DNA from: Clostridia bacterium
GTDB taxonomy: Bacteria; Bacillota; Clostridia; Christensenellales; CAG-138
Direction: 5' to 3'
DNA: 64,000 nucleotides
Assembly: GCA_017525875.1 (NCBI GenBank)
Contig: JAFXSG010000048.1
Location: 1,856-65,855, forward strand
In this document: positions 63,742-64,000 of the stretch, one piece after another
How positions within the stretch are numbered: the stretch's first letter is position 1
How the letters are laid out: the number at the start of each line of letters is the position of its first letter
Program-made: the position numbers and the translations under genes
Notes under the pieces: generated by a model
What the model was told of the DNA's origin: nothing
The model's input: only the letters and a program-made list of their open reading frames with translations
Database searches by the model: none

Positions 63742-64000
63742 TTACATCGTTATCTTCAATACAATGTAAGCATCTGACAGTGAAATGGCTGCATAGACCG
63801 CTCCGTCACTACCTAGCTGATAGCGGATGACCGGGTCCCATTGATCGTCGCTGCCGAATGGGAACTCCAATTCACTTACCGTACTTACATCCGATGAAAT
63901 TTTGATGAGCTTTTCAGTTTCGCCAAGCTTGCTCAGAAACAGATTGCTTTTAGAATCCACCCCGATCAAAGCATAGCCGCTGCCAGGCAATGTGAGTTCT
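63742..64000 (-). CDS. Hypothetical protein, 5' end outside window
   Basis: The minus-strand frame stays open past the listed TTG at 63990 to the window edge. Confidence 0.45.
   Translation of the reverse strand, partial: ELTLPGSGYALIGVDSKSNLFLSKLGETEKLIKISSDVSTVSELEFPFGSDDQWDPVIRYQLGSDGAVYAAISLSDAYIVLKITM

Overview
GC-rich (about 60% by hand-sampling single lines, not computed) Clostridia-style chromosome segment. Sporulation genes (sleB-ypeB, spoIIR) and three large dockerin-bearing secreted proteins suggest a spore-forming, cellulosome-type Oscillospiraceae/Ruminococcaceae-like organism (inference). Content from left to right: (1) the end of an integrative element, with a 5'-partial tyrosine integrase, phased GTTGCACA repeat arrays and a phage holin. 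(2) A tiny Cys/Gly-rich membrane peptide gene, then FMN riboswitch-ribU. (3) Two paralogous dockerin proteins separated by a field of REP-like intergenic repeats. (4) A housekeeping block: DUF1015, AEC transporter, TldD/TldE pair, sleB-ypeB, spoIIR, ispE and three secreted/lipoproteins. (5) A stand-alone reverse transcriptase preceded by a 143-nt inverted-repeat-bounded structured non-coding segment and a small unknown ORF, next to tRNA-Val with integration scars. (6) Mixed accessory genes: flavodoxin lipoprotein + DUF4405, GNATs, PAP2, a prophage tail-fibre remnant. (7) A third dockerin protein. (8) pruA plus a multi-subunit proline-dehydrogenase-like flavoenzyme operon. (9) The standout: a lower-GC (about 50% by hand count) ten-gene minus-strand operon at 42.7-58.4 kb. 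It encodes a 1277-aa tubulin/FtsZ-like GTPase, two MIDAS-vWA membrane proteins, a Zn-ribbon membrane protein, a HerA/FtsK-type ATPase, two toxin-immunity pairs (LHH-type HNH nuclease/SUKH; TNT NADase/small immunity) and a transglutaminase-like protein. Three of the membrane proteins share uncharged xAFGG (FG-like) repeat tracts. I do not recognise this combination as a named system. (10) A sigma/anti-sigma pair flanked by three copies of a conserved bipartite promoter-like motif. Many long ORFs in the supplied track are antisense shadows of real genes in this GC-rich DNA and were rejected.
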